Shown: positions 12,633 through 25,800 of the stretch, piece by piece | Layout: each line of letters starts with the position of its first letter | Position numbering within the stretch: the stretch's first letter is position 1 | DNA from: Hormiphora californensis | Lineage: Eukaryota > Animalia > Ctenophora | Direction: 5' to 3' | Length of the DNA stretch: 64,000 nt | Assembly: GCA_020137815.1 (NCBI GenBank) | Contig: CM035362.1 | Span: forward strand, 2,480,001-2,544,000 | Translations under genes and position numbers: made by a program | Notes under the pieces: model-generated | Seen by the model: the letters and a program-made list of their open reading frames with translations, nothing else | The model's database searches: none | What the model was told of the DNA's origin: nothing

Positions 12633-14182
12633 CAAGGTGGGCCACGGATTGTTGGTCATGGTTAGCGAGGTGGTACGTCAAAACGGTGATAGTTGTGAGA
12701 ATAAAAATTATGGGAGCACTCTGGATCAATTCCTTGGTAACTTTTTCCATAATTTTTGGTCAAAAATTCGAAAATTCATTTTTCATTCCTTCATTCATTT
12801 CTCGTTCATTCATGATGTGAGCATCCTAATTTTCCATCATTATGCTATTTTTCTTTGGCTTGAATTTATCTTTCCAATGAGCACCATGAAAATGAAATTG
12901 AAGCACCAGGTCACTCAGCAGTTGAGAAAATGTTCATGCATGATTTTGGCTCTTTTTGCGACTTTCAAACAGATGTATCACGGCTACCTTTCGTTCAATC
13001 TTCTTAAAACTTTGGGAAAACATTGGATTAGCAAAGACCTTTGCTCACAAGAAAAATCAAGGCCAAAGGTCAAAGTTCATTTTGCATTTTTGTTAGTTCA
13101 TTCCGTTCATTCAGGAACCAACATCCCTAAAGTGATGAAAAGGTTTGGGTTTTGTTTGTCCCATGTCCTGCAATGACAGAGAGGTGTAATAGCGTGTTTC
13201 CGGGCTAGTTTGTGGGTGTCCATGTGATCATGATGATATCGGACACCTTTTCTGAGCCATGATTAAGGGATTTTCTCAAATTCAAGCATGTAACTGGGTT
13301 TTTCTGCGATTAGTACCGTGCAGCAATGTTATGAGATCTCATAACACCTCAAAAATGATGATTAGCTCAATGAAATGAGTTGATTTATGATGTAATTGTT
13401 CGTTTCGTTCAATTTGACATCGGTTTAATCTTAAATCAACTCATTTCATTGAGCTAATCATCATTTTTGAGGTGTTATGAGATCTCATAACATTGCTGCA
13501 CGGTACTAATTGCAGAAAAACCCAGTTACATGCTTGAATTTGAGAAAATCCCTTAATTATGGCTCAGAAAAGGTGTCAGATATCATCATGATCACATGGA
13601 CACCCACAAACTAGCCCGGAAACACGCTATTACACCTCTCTGTCATTGCAGGACATGGGCCAAACAAAACCCAAACCTTTTCATCACTTTAGGGATGTTG
13701 GTTCCTGCATGAACGGAATGAACTAACAAAAATGCAAAATGAACTTTGAACTTTGACCTTGATTTTTCTTGTGAGCAAAGGTCTTTGCCTATCCAATGTT
13801 TTCCCAAAGTTTTAAGAAGATTGAACGAAAGGTAGCCGTGATACATCTGTTTGAAAGTCGCAAAAAGAGCCAAAATCATGCATGAACATTTTCTCAACTG
13901 CTGAGTGACCTGGTGCTTCATTTTCATTTTCATGGTGCTCATTGGAAAGATAAATTCAAGCCAAAGAAAAATAGCATAATGATGGAAAATTAGGATGCTC
14001 ACATCATGAATGAACGAGAAATGAATGAAGGAATGAAAAATGATTTTTCGAATTTTTGACAAAAAATTATGGAAAAAGTTACCAAGGAATTGATCCAGAG
14101 TGCTCCCATAATTTTTATTCTCACAACTATCACCGTTTTGACGCACCACCTCGCTAACCATGACCAACAATCCGTGGCCCAC
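12633..14182. mobile_element. ~1.55-kb palindromic foldback element, Tc1/mariner-like, non-autonomous (subfamily A)
   Basis: Left end TA|CAAGGTGGGCCACGGATTG. Inverted arms of ~755 bp flank a ~40-bp spacer centred near 13410. The right end lacks the last few terminal bases. Confidence 0.9.
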
Positions 14183-14416
14183 AATCTCTCCAAAACAGTA
14201 GACAGCTAGCTCCTTCTTTTGGTGTCTGGTGATCTCATTTCACCAGACCAACTGCACCGTACACCGTCACTAATCAACAACACCGAACATTAATCATCGG
14301 CTGGATGCCAGCCAACTATGCAAATAACGGTGTTGTTTTAGTTGTTGTGTTGGGTGTAATTGGGTAATGTATAATTTACAGAATAGTGGCACACTGAAAC
14401 ATAATCAATCTTTCAG

Positions 14417-14489
14417 TCTCTCTCTCTCTCTCTATCTCAGTCTCTATTCTCTCTCTATCTTTCTCTCTTTCACTATCTCCCTCTCTCTC

Positions 14490-14550
<61 letters not shown>

Positions 14551-14557
14551 CTCTATA

Positions 14558-14632
<75 letters not shown>

Positions 14633-14645
14633 CCCTTTCTCTCTC
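14417..14645. repeat. (CT)n microsatellite
   Basis: Direct inspection. Confidence 0.95.
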
Positions 14646-15160
14646 AATATTGCTGCACATAGTCTCGTGATTGGCCATTCCTACACACAATGCACAATAC
14701 ACACACAACAGCACATGAAGCTTTCTGCATACCATCATTTTCATGTTGCACTTTAGTCAGGTACTATGTACTAATTGTACTTCTTACTTGTGTACTAGCG
14801 TTAGATAGTTAGCGGTAAGTTGTACACTGTTCAGTTAGTAAGCTAACGACATCGTTATTTATCCTCTCTCTTACTCTTGAAACAGCTTTGTACATTTTAT
14901 TTGTTAAGTAACAAACACGATGCCTTTTTTAATTGACACGATCTGCGATTACTATAATTGTAGCTGATTATAGTTTGTATAATTGTGTGTAGAACACTGT
15001 AGCTGTTACATAAACAACCAGTAGATACACTGTACTGCTCAGTCAGTATACATTGTACACAGCTCACTCTAACTAGATACCAAAATCTTACTATGTTCTT
15101 CTTTTTTAGAGAAGTTTGGTTTAAATCCAAACACAGTTCTAACACTAACATGTTATAGCC

Positions 15161-15668
15161 ATGGCAAGTCACCTAGGTACCTTTAAAATCCTGATAATCG
15201 GGGACAGTGGAATCGGGAAGAGTTCCCTTATGATGAGATTTGTTGATGGACACTTCGATCCTGACATTTCAGCTACAATCGGTTAGTACTTATAGTATCA
15301 TTACAGTTGCCCTGTTCGATCCTCTCTCTAGCTCTTTCTCTCTCCATAGAAGAGGGTTATAACACACTTGTGTCATATACAGTAATATTATTATACTACG
15401 ACAGTTATAATAGTATGTAGTATGATACTACCACGTGCCAGTTATTCGACTGGAGCCATATATTGTGTTGGCACTTTCCTGAAAAACAGTTTTAATAAAC
15501 TGAATATTATAATACACACACTCAACACCCCCTCTCCACAGGTGTTGATTTTAAAGTTAAGACTCTGTGTGTCGAAGGAAACAATGTAAAGCTCGCCATC
15601 TGGGTATGTAGTGTGACGTGTGTGTGAATTCGAGGTGTGACGTGTGTGTGATGAGTGTGTGATGAGTG

Positions 15669-15699
<31 letters not shown>

Positions 15700-18113
15700 A
15701 ATTCGAGGTGTGACGTGTGTGAATTCGAGGTGTGACGTGTGTGAATTCGAGGTGTGACGTGTGTGAATTCGAGGTGTGGCGTGTGTGTGTGTGATTGTAT
15801 CGGATTATAAAATGTGTAACTGGTGACATGTGTCGACGTGTCGTGTGTGTGTGATAGATGTGCACACCCATTCCCAAGTGCTCACTTTCTTGATTCTCAT
15901 ATTCCGTATCTGGGCAGACTGGTAACACACAAAAAGTCCAATCTTATCAGTGGCGTAGCCAGGGTTTTGAGCATGGTAGTGCATTAAGAATTTGAAGTAG
16001 TGCACCTTTAATGACGGAAAATTTTACCGATTTTTGTCGATTTTTGAGAAACTGAGAGCAGTTTAAAACAATATGAAGGAGGCACAGCCCCCACGAGCAG
16101 GGTCCAGGAATTGCAAGCCCTGGTGGGGTCGTTGGGCGAAGCCCCCGGAAATTTTTCCTGATTTTTGTCAATTTTGACAATCTGAGAGCATTTTGAAAAC
16201 AATAATTCAAACATTATGAAGGAGGCAAAGCAGAGGCACAGCCCCCATGAGCAGGGTCCAGGGATTGCAAGCTCTGGTGGGGTCGTGGGGCGGAGCCCCC
16301 GGAAATTTTTCCCGATTTTTGTCAATTTTGACAATCTGAGAACAATTTGAACACAATCACGTAAACCAAGAAGGGTAATACACCATGGATAGCACAATCC
16401 TAGCAATCAATTGGGTGTTGTGCTGTTATCCCACCGAGGCATGGAACGCATGGTACTGGCGATTGCTCTCTATAAACTTGTCACCTGAACCCCTATCTTT
16501 TTCTCGTTCTTTGTGCTTTATCTCTATTTGTTTGGGATTCAGTGTCGTACATTACATCTCAAACGCTAATTTCGGTATCCTACCGAACTCCGAAGTAGTG
16601 CAATTTCGATAAAAATTTAGGCGTGGTAGTGCAAATCAGGAAAATTTGAGGTAGTGCAGTTGGGAGCGCTCAGGTAGTGCAATGCACGTTTGCACATACC
16701 CTGGCTACGCCACTGAATCTTATCTTTGTATAATACCATCTTCAAGTCAACTTTATTCCTTCAGGATACAGCTGGCCAAGAGAAATTCAGAACTCTCACA
16801 CCCAGTTACTATCGAGGAGCCCACGGAGTTATTCTGGGTGAGTATTAGCCACAATTAACCACTATTCTAATAATAGGTCCTTCGAGACAAGAGAATTCTC
16901 TGAAATGAACGCCCGAATTTCTTTGACCTGAGAGAACCTTCCACTGATGATCTAATCCCTTGTTCCCACTGCATCGAAACTGAAACATCCTATCTCCGAA
17001 AAGGATTCCTATCTCTCTCCTATCTTTCTCCTATCTCTATTCGCTATGACGTCACACAGTGTACAACTCACACTGTACTTCGTGGCAGAGTCTACTTGCA
17101 GGAGGGCGCGGGCCCTGTTTTGTAGATCTCTGTGCGCGCGCTATATCACATGATATCACCCCGGGTGGAATGTGGAGTTCTAAAATTAGGAAACATGTGA
17201 ACAAGTAAAACTTGTTGAAAAATTGCCGCTTCCCAAGCAACAGACTCACCCGGGTTGGCAAGGTATCAAGAAGTAGCTCATCTTAATTCCAACCTAAATT
17301 TTAAATCCAACTCCCTTCTTTCATATTTGACGGTTGACCTTTATCAAAACATCTCTAGTCACACACTAATTCCCTAACGTTAATTTTGATCCTCCATTTA
17401 TCCCTCTCAGTGTACGATACGAGTGTTCGTCAGACCTTTATGAACCTTGATACGTGGAGGCAGGAGATAGACACTTACATAACCAGACAGGGAGTTGTTA
17501 GGATGTTGGTGGGCAACAAGATTGACAAGGTGAGAGATTGTTGCATGAGTATCTAATTAGTGTACTGCACTCCGTTGTCATTTATTTCATTTTCATGGTT
17601 AAGTCCTTCGTGATCTATCTTACCCGAACAACCAGAACTCACTATAATAATCCCCACTACTACTATGTACTACCCCTCTCCCTCTAATATCACTCTCTCC
17701 CATCCCACATTAAAACCTCCTCCTTTGATCATCCAGGACAGGGACGTGTCACGAGATGAGGGTGAGGGGTACGCCAGGAAACACAGAATGCTGTTTATTG
17801 AGAGTAGCGCTAAAACAGAGGAGGGAGTTCAGGATGCCTTCGAGGAACTTGTTACAAAGGTACCAGCACACTCACAACATGATTTCGATAAAATATATTT
17901 CAAATATATTTGAAACCATGTCCCAGCTGAACTTGTTTTGTTCAACCCCGGGGCGCAGTTAGACAGAGTCGAGCAAGACAAAGCTGAAAATCGTTTTTCC
18001 TAAACTCCCTTGTTCAGATTGTCCAGACCCCAGAGTTGTGGGACGCTTCTTACAGCGGTGGAGTGGACCTAAACAAGGAAAATGGAGGTGGTGGTGGAGG
18101 TTGTGGGTGCTGA
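15161..18113 (+). CDS. RAB18: Ras-related small GTPase Rab18
   Basis: Exons 15161-15281, 15542-15603, 16765-16837, 17411-17529, 17737-17859, 18018-18113. Motifs [62 protein letters not shown] and C-terminal CGC prenylation site. Confidence 0.95.
15610..15795. repeat. Intronic minisatellite (GTGTGAATTCGAGGTGTGAC-type units mixed with (GT)n)
   Basis: About 5 copies in Rab18 intron 2. Confidence 0.85.
15948..16715. mobile_element. Non-autonomous hAT-like element (768 bp) in Rab18 intron 2
   Basis: TIR CAGTGGCGTAGCCAGGG / CCCTGGCTACGCCACTG. 8-bp TSD AATCTTAT. Internal ~150-bp direct repeats; GTAGTGCA subterminal motifs. Confidence 0.9.
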
Positions 18114-20509
18114 GCAGAGATCCGTATGTGATCTGGATCTTGTTCTGAGTGGATCTGAGCTGGTGTTGGGACAATTGTAATGACCAGTGTAACTAGGTTC
18201 TATATATAATGTTAAACTTCTGTTTGATTGCTTTGAGAGATAAAGATATTGTATAAAATCAGATAGAGTCTGGCTGGATTGAGTTCCAATTGAGAGATTG
18301 AACCTGAGATGAATTGGTTGTTGGAGAGTCTACAGATAGACATTATGTGTACACGTTACCTTTTTAGCAAGCATGAAATGAATATGAAGAACATAACAAT
18401 CATATGATGAAGTGAAGTGTTTCCGAAAGTGAAAAAAGAAGTTTGTTTCACAATTGTGTATAAGTATTTGGTTTCTCTCTTTCTGGAATATATCGTGTTT
18501 AACTTTGCTAATGAGTTAGTTATGGCGGGAGATAAAAATTTGCTTTAATTTTAGCAGTGGAAAATTCGAGCTGAATCATTAAAACTGGAACTCATCTCGC
18601 GCGGCAGTTCATTTGCGCGTGACTAAATGCGCGCTTCCTTTTAATTTAATTCATTTTATAAATTGAATTTTCCACCCAAAACACGAAAGAACTTTTTCCA
18701 GAAAATGCGCATTTCACATTTGTTTGACGATTCCAACGGCTCCACTACTCGTGATGCATGTAACACTAACACATGACGTGGTAGAGAGGTAAGTTATGAT
18801 ATAGCGGTCTTGCTGGAAATACCGACCATGATGACGTTTCCTGTCGGATTGTGAAGGTCCTCAAAATTGCAAGAAATCGGCTCATCAAGTTATTGACTTT
18901 CCCTGCAAATTTACCAGTCGTTATAACGATTAAATAAAAAGAAAGTTCAGGAATAAGAAAGACAGACAGAAAAGAAAGGCTCGGAGCGAGCTGAGAGAGC
19001 GCGATCGAGTGAATTACAGGCGTTATTGGAATTTCCTGGTGAGAGAGAGCGAGCGAGAGAGATAATTATGCTCATAATTGTGTCGCAGATCCCACTCTCA
19101 GCTTGCTCTTGTGATCGTGTGTTAGTAATTGCATTCTCAAACAAATTCTCATTCGAATATTTCACAGTTCGCAGACTTCGTAGATTGCGAATAACTGAAT
19201 AAGATTCAACTTGGCTGCGTTTTTAGTGAGCTTTTATGTGACGTGTGTACTGTGTGGTTATGAGGCATGAGCGATTGATACATATTTGATGACCAAATGA
19301 CAATACATAAAGTGTAGCGATATTGTCCTCAAGTTATAACTCTCACGGATTATCTATCCTCGCTAGACAAGGAATTTCTACCGATCCATTGTACTCGAGA
19401 AGTGATGATCATTTGATGCTCTATGTAAAAATGAATGTATAGTATGTATGTCCCTGACTCTTTCGAATTTCTAGATATTGGAGAGGAAATCGGAAGACAA
19501 CATGTCTTCAAACTGGACTCTCTATCTCGTTTTAGAATTTAGATTGGATGGACAAGCTACTTGATTTTGTCGTGTAAGGTATCATTAGTCTGTTGAATTA
19601 TGAAATGGAGGGAGAGATAGTGTATTCAATAGTTCACGGACCATACTCTAAGTATAATTTTCTTTGCATATATTCATGTTTATGTCCTCCCGACTACAAA
19701 AGTCTAGCCTATAATACTTGCAGTTTTAAAACACGCTAATGTTTGTCCTGTCAATTGTGTCTGCACAAATTACATAGTGCAATGCGTACCCAGCCTAATA
19801 TTGACACCGTGTAGTGGTCAGAGTCACCATGGAGCGTCCAGCGTCTTAACTATTCTTGATTCGAAAAAATAGAACGAGAGAATTGAGAAAATGAGAACAG
19901 AGAGAAATAGCGAAAGGAGAGAGCCTTGTAAAACTAGCGGCGATAGCTGTAATTTAAGCGGGTTTTATCCAAACACTTCACCTACACTCACACAGAGAAA
20001 GAGAGAGAAAAACGGAGACAGAGAGAGAGAGAAAACGGAGACGGAGAGAGTGAGAGAAACGGAGACGGAGATGTATTATTGCAATTGTTCAACAGTTATA
20101 ATACTGGCTGAAATTAGCTACAGCTTAGCGCTTGAACCGCGGTTATGTGTGCACCACAGTGTGATGGCCCATCAGCTACAGAACAATACTTTTGCTGCAT
20201 CACACGGGTTTCTTGCTTTCTGCATTCAGGATTTCAGGACCTATCATCGATAGATATGTTAAATGTTTCATAGAAACTTCAATGTTTCGTCGATATATAT
20301 TCTGTAGAGACTAGAGATATATGTGCTGAAGGCAGAAGGCAGTTTTCTACACGAAAGGCGAAACTGCATTATGTTCTGTACATGTAGACACACATGGGAA
20401 CTTTTGACATATATCACACCATTAGTGTCTCGCGGTGCTTTTCTACCGGGCGATTTCTGTCCGGCTGATGTGCCACTCCAGTGAAAATGACCAGGAAATA
20501 TGCATTATA

Positions 20510-22073
20510 CAGGGTGTCCCATATATTCTGTGGGTCGGTTGGCGAGCTGTCACGCAAAAACGGTGATAGTTGTGTGAAAAGAAACTACGGGAGTGTGCTG
20601 GATTAATTCCTTCCTAACTGATTGCTTTGTTTTGAATTTGAATTTCAAAAGTTCATTTTTCATGAATGAACATTCCTGCCATTCATTCATGAATTCTGAA
20701 ATATTGTTTACCTTGAGTAAGTAACTTTTCTTTGGCTCGAAATTATCTTTCCAATGAGCACCATAAAATTGAAATTGAAGCACCAGGTCACATGGCAGTT
20801 GAGAAAATGCACATGCATGATTTTGGCTCTTCCTGCGACTTTCAATCAGCTGTATCACGGCTACCTTTTGTTCAACCGTTTTAAAAATTTGGGTGAACGT
20901 TGGATAAACAAAGATCTTTGCTCACAAGAAAAATCAAGGTCAAAACTCAAAGTTCATTTTTCATTTTTGGTTGTTCATTCCACTCATTCAGGAACCAACA
21001 TCCTCAAAGTGATGAAAAGGTATGGGTTTTGTTTGGCCCATGCCCTGCAATGACAGAGAGGTGGTGTAGCGTGTTTCTGGGCTAGTTAGTGAGTGTCCAT
21101 GTGATAATGATGATACCTGACACCTCTCTGAGCCATAATTAAGCGATTTTCTCAAATTCAAGCATATGAAATGGGTTTTCCGCCATTGGTATCGTGCAAC
21201 AATGTTATGAGATCTCATAACACCTCAAAAATTATGAATATCTCAACGAAATGAGTTGATTTATGATAGAAAAGATTAGAACCATTGTCAAATTGGACTA
21301 AACTAACGTTTTCAATCGTGAGTCAACTCATTTCATTGAACTAATCATGATTTTTGAGGTGCTATGGGATCTCTTGACATTGTTTGCACGATACCAATCG
21401 CAGAAAGCCCATATCACATGCTTGAATTTGAGAAAATCCCTTAATTATGGCTCAGAGAGGTGTCAGGTATCATCATGATCACATGGACACCCACTTACTA
21501 GCCCAGAAACACGCTACACCACCTCTCTGTCATTGCAGGACATGGGCCAAACAAAACCCATACCTTTTCATCACTTTAGGGATGTTGGTTCCTGAATGAG
21601 TGGAATGAACTACCAAAAATGAACTTTGAGTTATGAGTTATGACCTTGATTTTTCTTGTGAGCAAAGATCTTTGTTTATCCAACGTTCACCCAAGTTTTT
21701 AAAACGGTTGAACAAAAGGTAGCCGTGATACAGCCGATTGAAAATCGCAGGAAGAGCCAAAATCATGCATGCGCATTTTCTCAACTGTCATGTGACCTGG
21801 TGCTTCAATTTCAATTTTATGGTGCTCATTGGAAAGATAATTTCGAGCCAAAGAAAAGTTACTTACTCAAGGTAAACAATATTTCAGAATTCATGAATGA
21901 ATGGCAGGAATGTTCATTCATGAAAAATGAACTTTTGAAATTTAAATTCAAAACAAAGCAATCAGTTAGGAAGGAATTAATGCAGCACACTCCCGTAGTT
22001 TGTTTTCACACAACTATCACCGTTTTTGCGTGACAGCTCGCCAACCGACCCACAGAATATATGGGACACCCTG
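20510..22073. mobile_element. 1564-bp palindromic foldback element, Tc1/mariner-like, non-autonomous (subfamily B)
   Basis: TA|CAGGGTGTCCCATATATTCTG ... CAGAATATATGGGACACCCTG|TA. Inverted arms of ~750 bp. Homologous throughout to 12633-14182. Confidence 0.93.
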
Positions 22074-22888
22074 TATATTCCATATATTTTCCAAGCATGA
22101 TATCATTTATCCCTCTCCAAAAGTGTCTGGAAAAGTTCTGTACTCTTTTTGAAATGTCATCAACTTTTCAAAGCTATATTTCTGTGTGTATACCTTGAAC
22201 TGCAGATGCTGTAGACTAAGCTCAGTTTGGACTCTAAGTACTAAATATATTACTGTACCTACTCTTGTTATTACTTTTCTTTCCCTTTTCCTTAATTTAG
22301 GTTCGTTGCCAAATTATTAATTTGTGGCCTACTACTGCTGTGGTGTTTGAAAACCTTTGCAGTTCCATGAGGGAAGTTGTAACATAAGTCACTACACACA
22401 TTATAAGTCACAACTATACAGTTACTGTACAGCTGTGTACATCTCGGTTTTCTAGTCATGTCTCGTGTGACAATTTGTACCTCTTCAATCTGGTAGTCAG
22501 TTGGAAGTGATGAAATCTGTTGAAAAGTGATGAAACACTTACAATGTATAGAAACACTACAGAAACACTAGTCTCCAACTTAGAATTCTTTACTTTGCAT
22601 TCTATCTATTGTAGTTTTTACTTGCCAGTACAGTGCTGTAATAACTCATATTATTTAGAATCACATTTCTTCATTTCCCTGCATTCTGTCTGGGGGAGAA
22701 ATCGGTTCATCAGACTTCAGACCGGGTGCCACCTGGAGAGGTCCTTTAGCACACACAGAGACACAATAACAATTGCTCAATTCGCTTTGAAACTCTGAAA
22801 TATATTGCAACATCAGACCATTGCAGTATCTCTGTTCTTGATCCTTAGTCCTCCCTTGCAATATTTATTGTTGCAGTGTTAATATGTC

Positions 22889-25800
22889 ATGATACGGGTA
22901 ATTTGGCTACTTTATTTTGCCGGTAAATGTTCTATCATGTTCAATAGTCACGTTCACATGTGTCTGCAATCAAATGAGAGTTGTCGTGATATATATCTCC
23001 CAAATATTACCTCTAACAAAAGCTCCAAAAAGCACCAGCCTCTCCAACCAACCAACCAAACATCTCCAAATTATACACGCCTCTATCATTTCAGGGTGTA
23101 CAGTACTGGGAGATAGATACTGCAGCACAGTTTACAACTCCTGTGAGAGGGCAGTACCATCTTCGTGGTCAGATAAATCTAACAATGAATCATCACTTCT
23201 GTTAGGTTAGCCTAGATCTGTAGTAATACAATTGGGATTTTGGCAATTTTAATATATGCACTGTTATAGGTCAACATAAAAATTCTTTCTCCTCATTTTG
23301 TACATAATCACCCTGATCACTGATCACCCCCTCCCCCCTAGGTGGTGAAGCATCCAATGATGACCGGTATACAGCGGTAGTGAGTGCTATAGTGCCTCTA
23401 TCTGAATGTGACAAACAGGGAAACTGCGTGACTCAACCACATCGAGCACTTGATGTTGTCGGGTACGGGTCTTTAAATTTAGGGCACCAGTCACCACTAA
23501 ACAACACCTGAAGCATTTGTTTTTCGTTTGTTGATTTAGAATCAGATTCCAATTCTTCCTCTTACTAACTACAGCCTATGTGTTTTATGTGGAGTAAAAG
23601 TCCCTTGTTACCTAAAACTCGAATCGTTACAGTTTGATATCGGCTCTAGAAACAGTAACGGTATCCGGTGATGTGTGTTTGGTGGTGGAGGTCTGTGATA
23701 CCCAGCATAACCCGATTAGGGCCACCAAAATAGTGAGTCTATAAGTGCCGGACACCTGCACGGAGTGGGCCCGGGGGACTTGAACCGTTCGTCCCGGGAA
23801 CCGTGGAGATTGAACATTTCAATGCAATTACATGTGTCTAGTTCTAAAGTTGGTTTCTGTCAACTGTTGATCATCAAATTTTCCTGATTCCTAACCAATG
23901 ATATACCTGCACGTAGGTTGGCTCCTTCAACTACTACACCGCTGTTGGGACGTGTGGAGGGTGTGAGAACTCTGTGTGTCTCACAGAGTCTTGTGGAGAG
24001 TCCACATGTAGTGGTGGAGGAAGTGGTGGAAGTAGTGGTGGTTGTGGGACATGCTCTAGGTTTGTTTATTATAGGCAATTCTTTTTTGTTTTTATCTCTT
24101 ATCTGCCAATTTTATATATAACTTGCTTCAGTCTTCTGTCTTCGGTATTTTGAAACCTGAAAGTTCTAAACACACTCCCACTCCCACCAGGTCCCATATT
24201 GCTATCCTGGGTCCAGGCTCACCCCGAGAGAGTAAAGCTCTGGCGGACATAACGACAGCATTGGATCTACCCCAGATACTGTATAACTCTGGGACTAACT
24301 TTAGTGATCCTAAAAGATACCCTCTGTTACGTCATCTTGCACCCGACTATGAGGTAACGTGATGAATGATCTGTCTTCTGACTATGAAGTTTGAGTACAA
24401 TTATTGTACTAACTTGAATTAATAACTTTTGTCAATTCAACGACCTCTGTCCGATAGTATGTTATGATTCGTCAGTAAGAAATCAAATGTTTGAACTTAT
24501 AGGTACAAGCTGAGAAGATGATATCAATTGTTAAGGAGATGGGGTGGCAGTACGTTGCTGTCATTACAACTTCTGATCCATACGGAACCATCGGGTACTA
24601 GACGTGTAGTGTGATGATCTTTTTTTCATATTATCATTTATGCCAATGCTCTGACCACGGCTCTCGAAAGAAATTAGAATCGGGCAGGACAATGCTCTGA
24701 AAGTATCATTCCATTGAAAATACTAATTATTCTATCTCGTGATTTATCAGGTATGAGCTGCTGAACAAAAAGTTTACTGATCTGGTAGCAAGTCAAGATG
24801 AAGGGGTTGATAAGAACTGTTGTCTGCAGCTCTCAACCCGGTTATTGAACTTTGAAATGAGCCCTGATGATATCAAGGTGCAGTTATCTGCCCTAAAGTA
24901 AGTGTAATATCCAGCTTTATACAGCAGCTGTTAGTTTTGGTAATGAAATTATCCCTCTGTTATGGCTCACTATGCAATAAAAGGGGTGACTTCGTAACCA
25001 ACTGTTAGTTTGTATTATAATATTCTCTGTGACCTATCAATTATAAGCTGAATATTTCACTGCTAGAACGAGGGTAAAGGTGATAATTCTATGGATGGAG
25101 GGACTCTACGCAGATCCTGTCCTTGGTTATTTTAATGAAATGGGAAGGAAGGACACAGTGTTCATTGCATCTGATGGGTGGGCCGTGGATTCCCTGCTCC
25201 TTCATAAATATAGACATCTTTTATCTGACAGGTATAGTTCACTGCTCCTTCATAAATATAGATATCTCTTATCTAACAGGTAGCACTATACAACACACTG
25301 CTCCTTTATAAATATCTATTATAAAAAGTTCAAAACGTGATTTTTAATAATCTCGTCTCATCACATTTCCAGATTTGTTGGCGTGTTTCCAGAGACTGAA
25401 CTCAGCCACAATCTCAAGTGGGAGACGTGTCCAGGAGTGATCGCACGAATTACCAAGAACAGCGATGCTGTTAAAACGTAATTCACACTTTTATTTCTAG
25501 TTACTAAATTCCTACTAAATTCTTCCTAAACTCTTATTTATTTCTTCCAGATGTGAAGAAGCGGAGGCCTTGGTATCAAGATCACTGGTAAACGGTTATG
25601 CAGGGTCAATGCAGAAGGCAGTTAGTTTACTTCAAGAATCTTTCAATCCCGGAACACCACAGAAACCCACAGCTGCACTCCTAAAGTGAGAACATAATAC
25701 GTCATTTAAAATGTTGCTAAATGCCTTTTAGTTTGAACTATTTTCTAATTGAGAGTCTTGTTGTAATACGCAACCCCCTCTTGGATCCATTGCAACCTAT

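Noticed and set aside
12619-14193. 185-aa and 179-aa ORFs as host genes or transposases
   Set aside because: They are mirror ORFs in the two arms of a palindromic element, with no DDE or HTH motifs.
23575-23593. Micro-exon in the GPCR
   Set aside because: Its phase is incompatible with the flanking donor and acceptor; the flanking exons join in frame without it.
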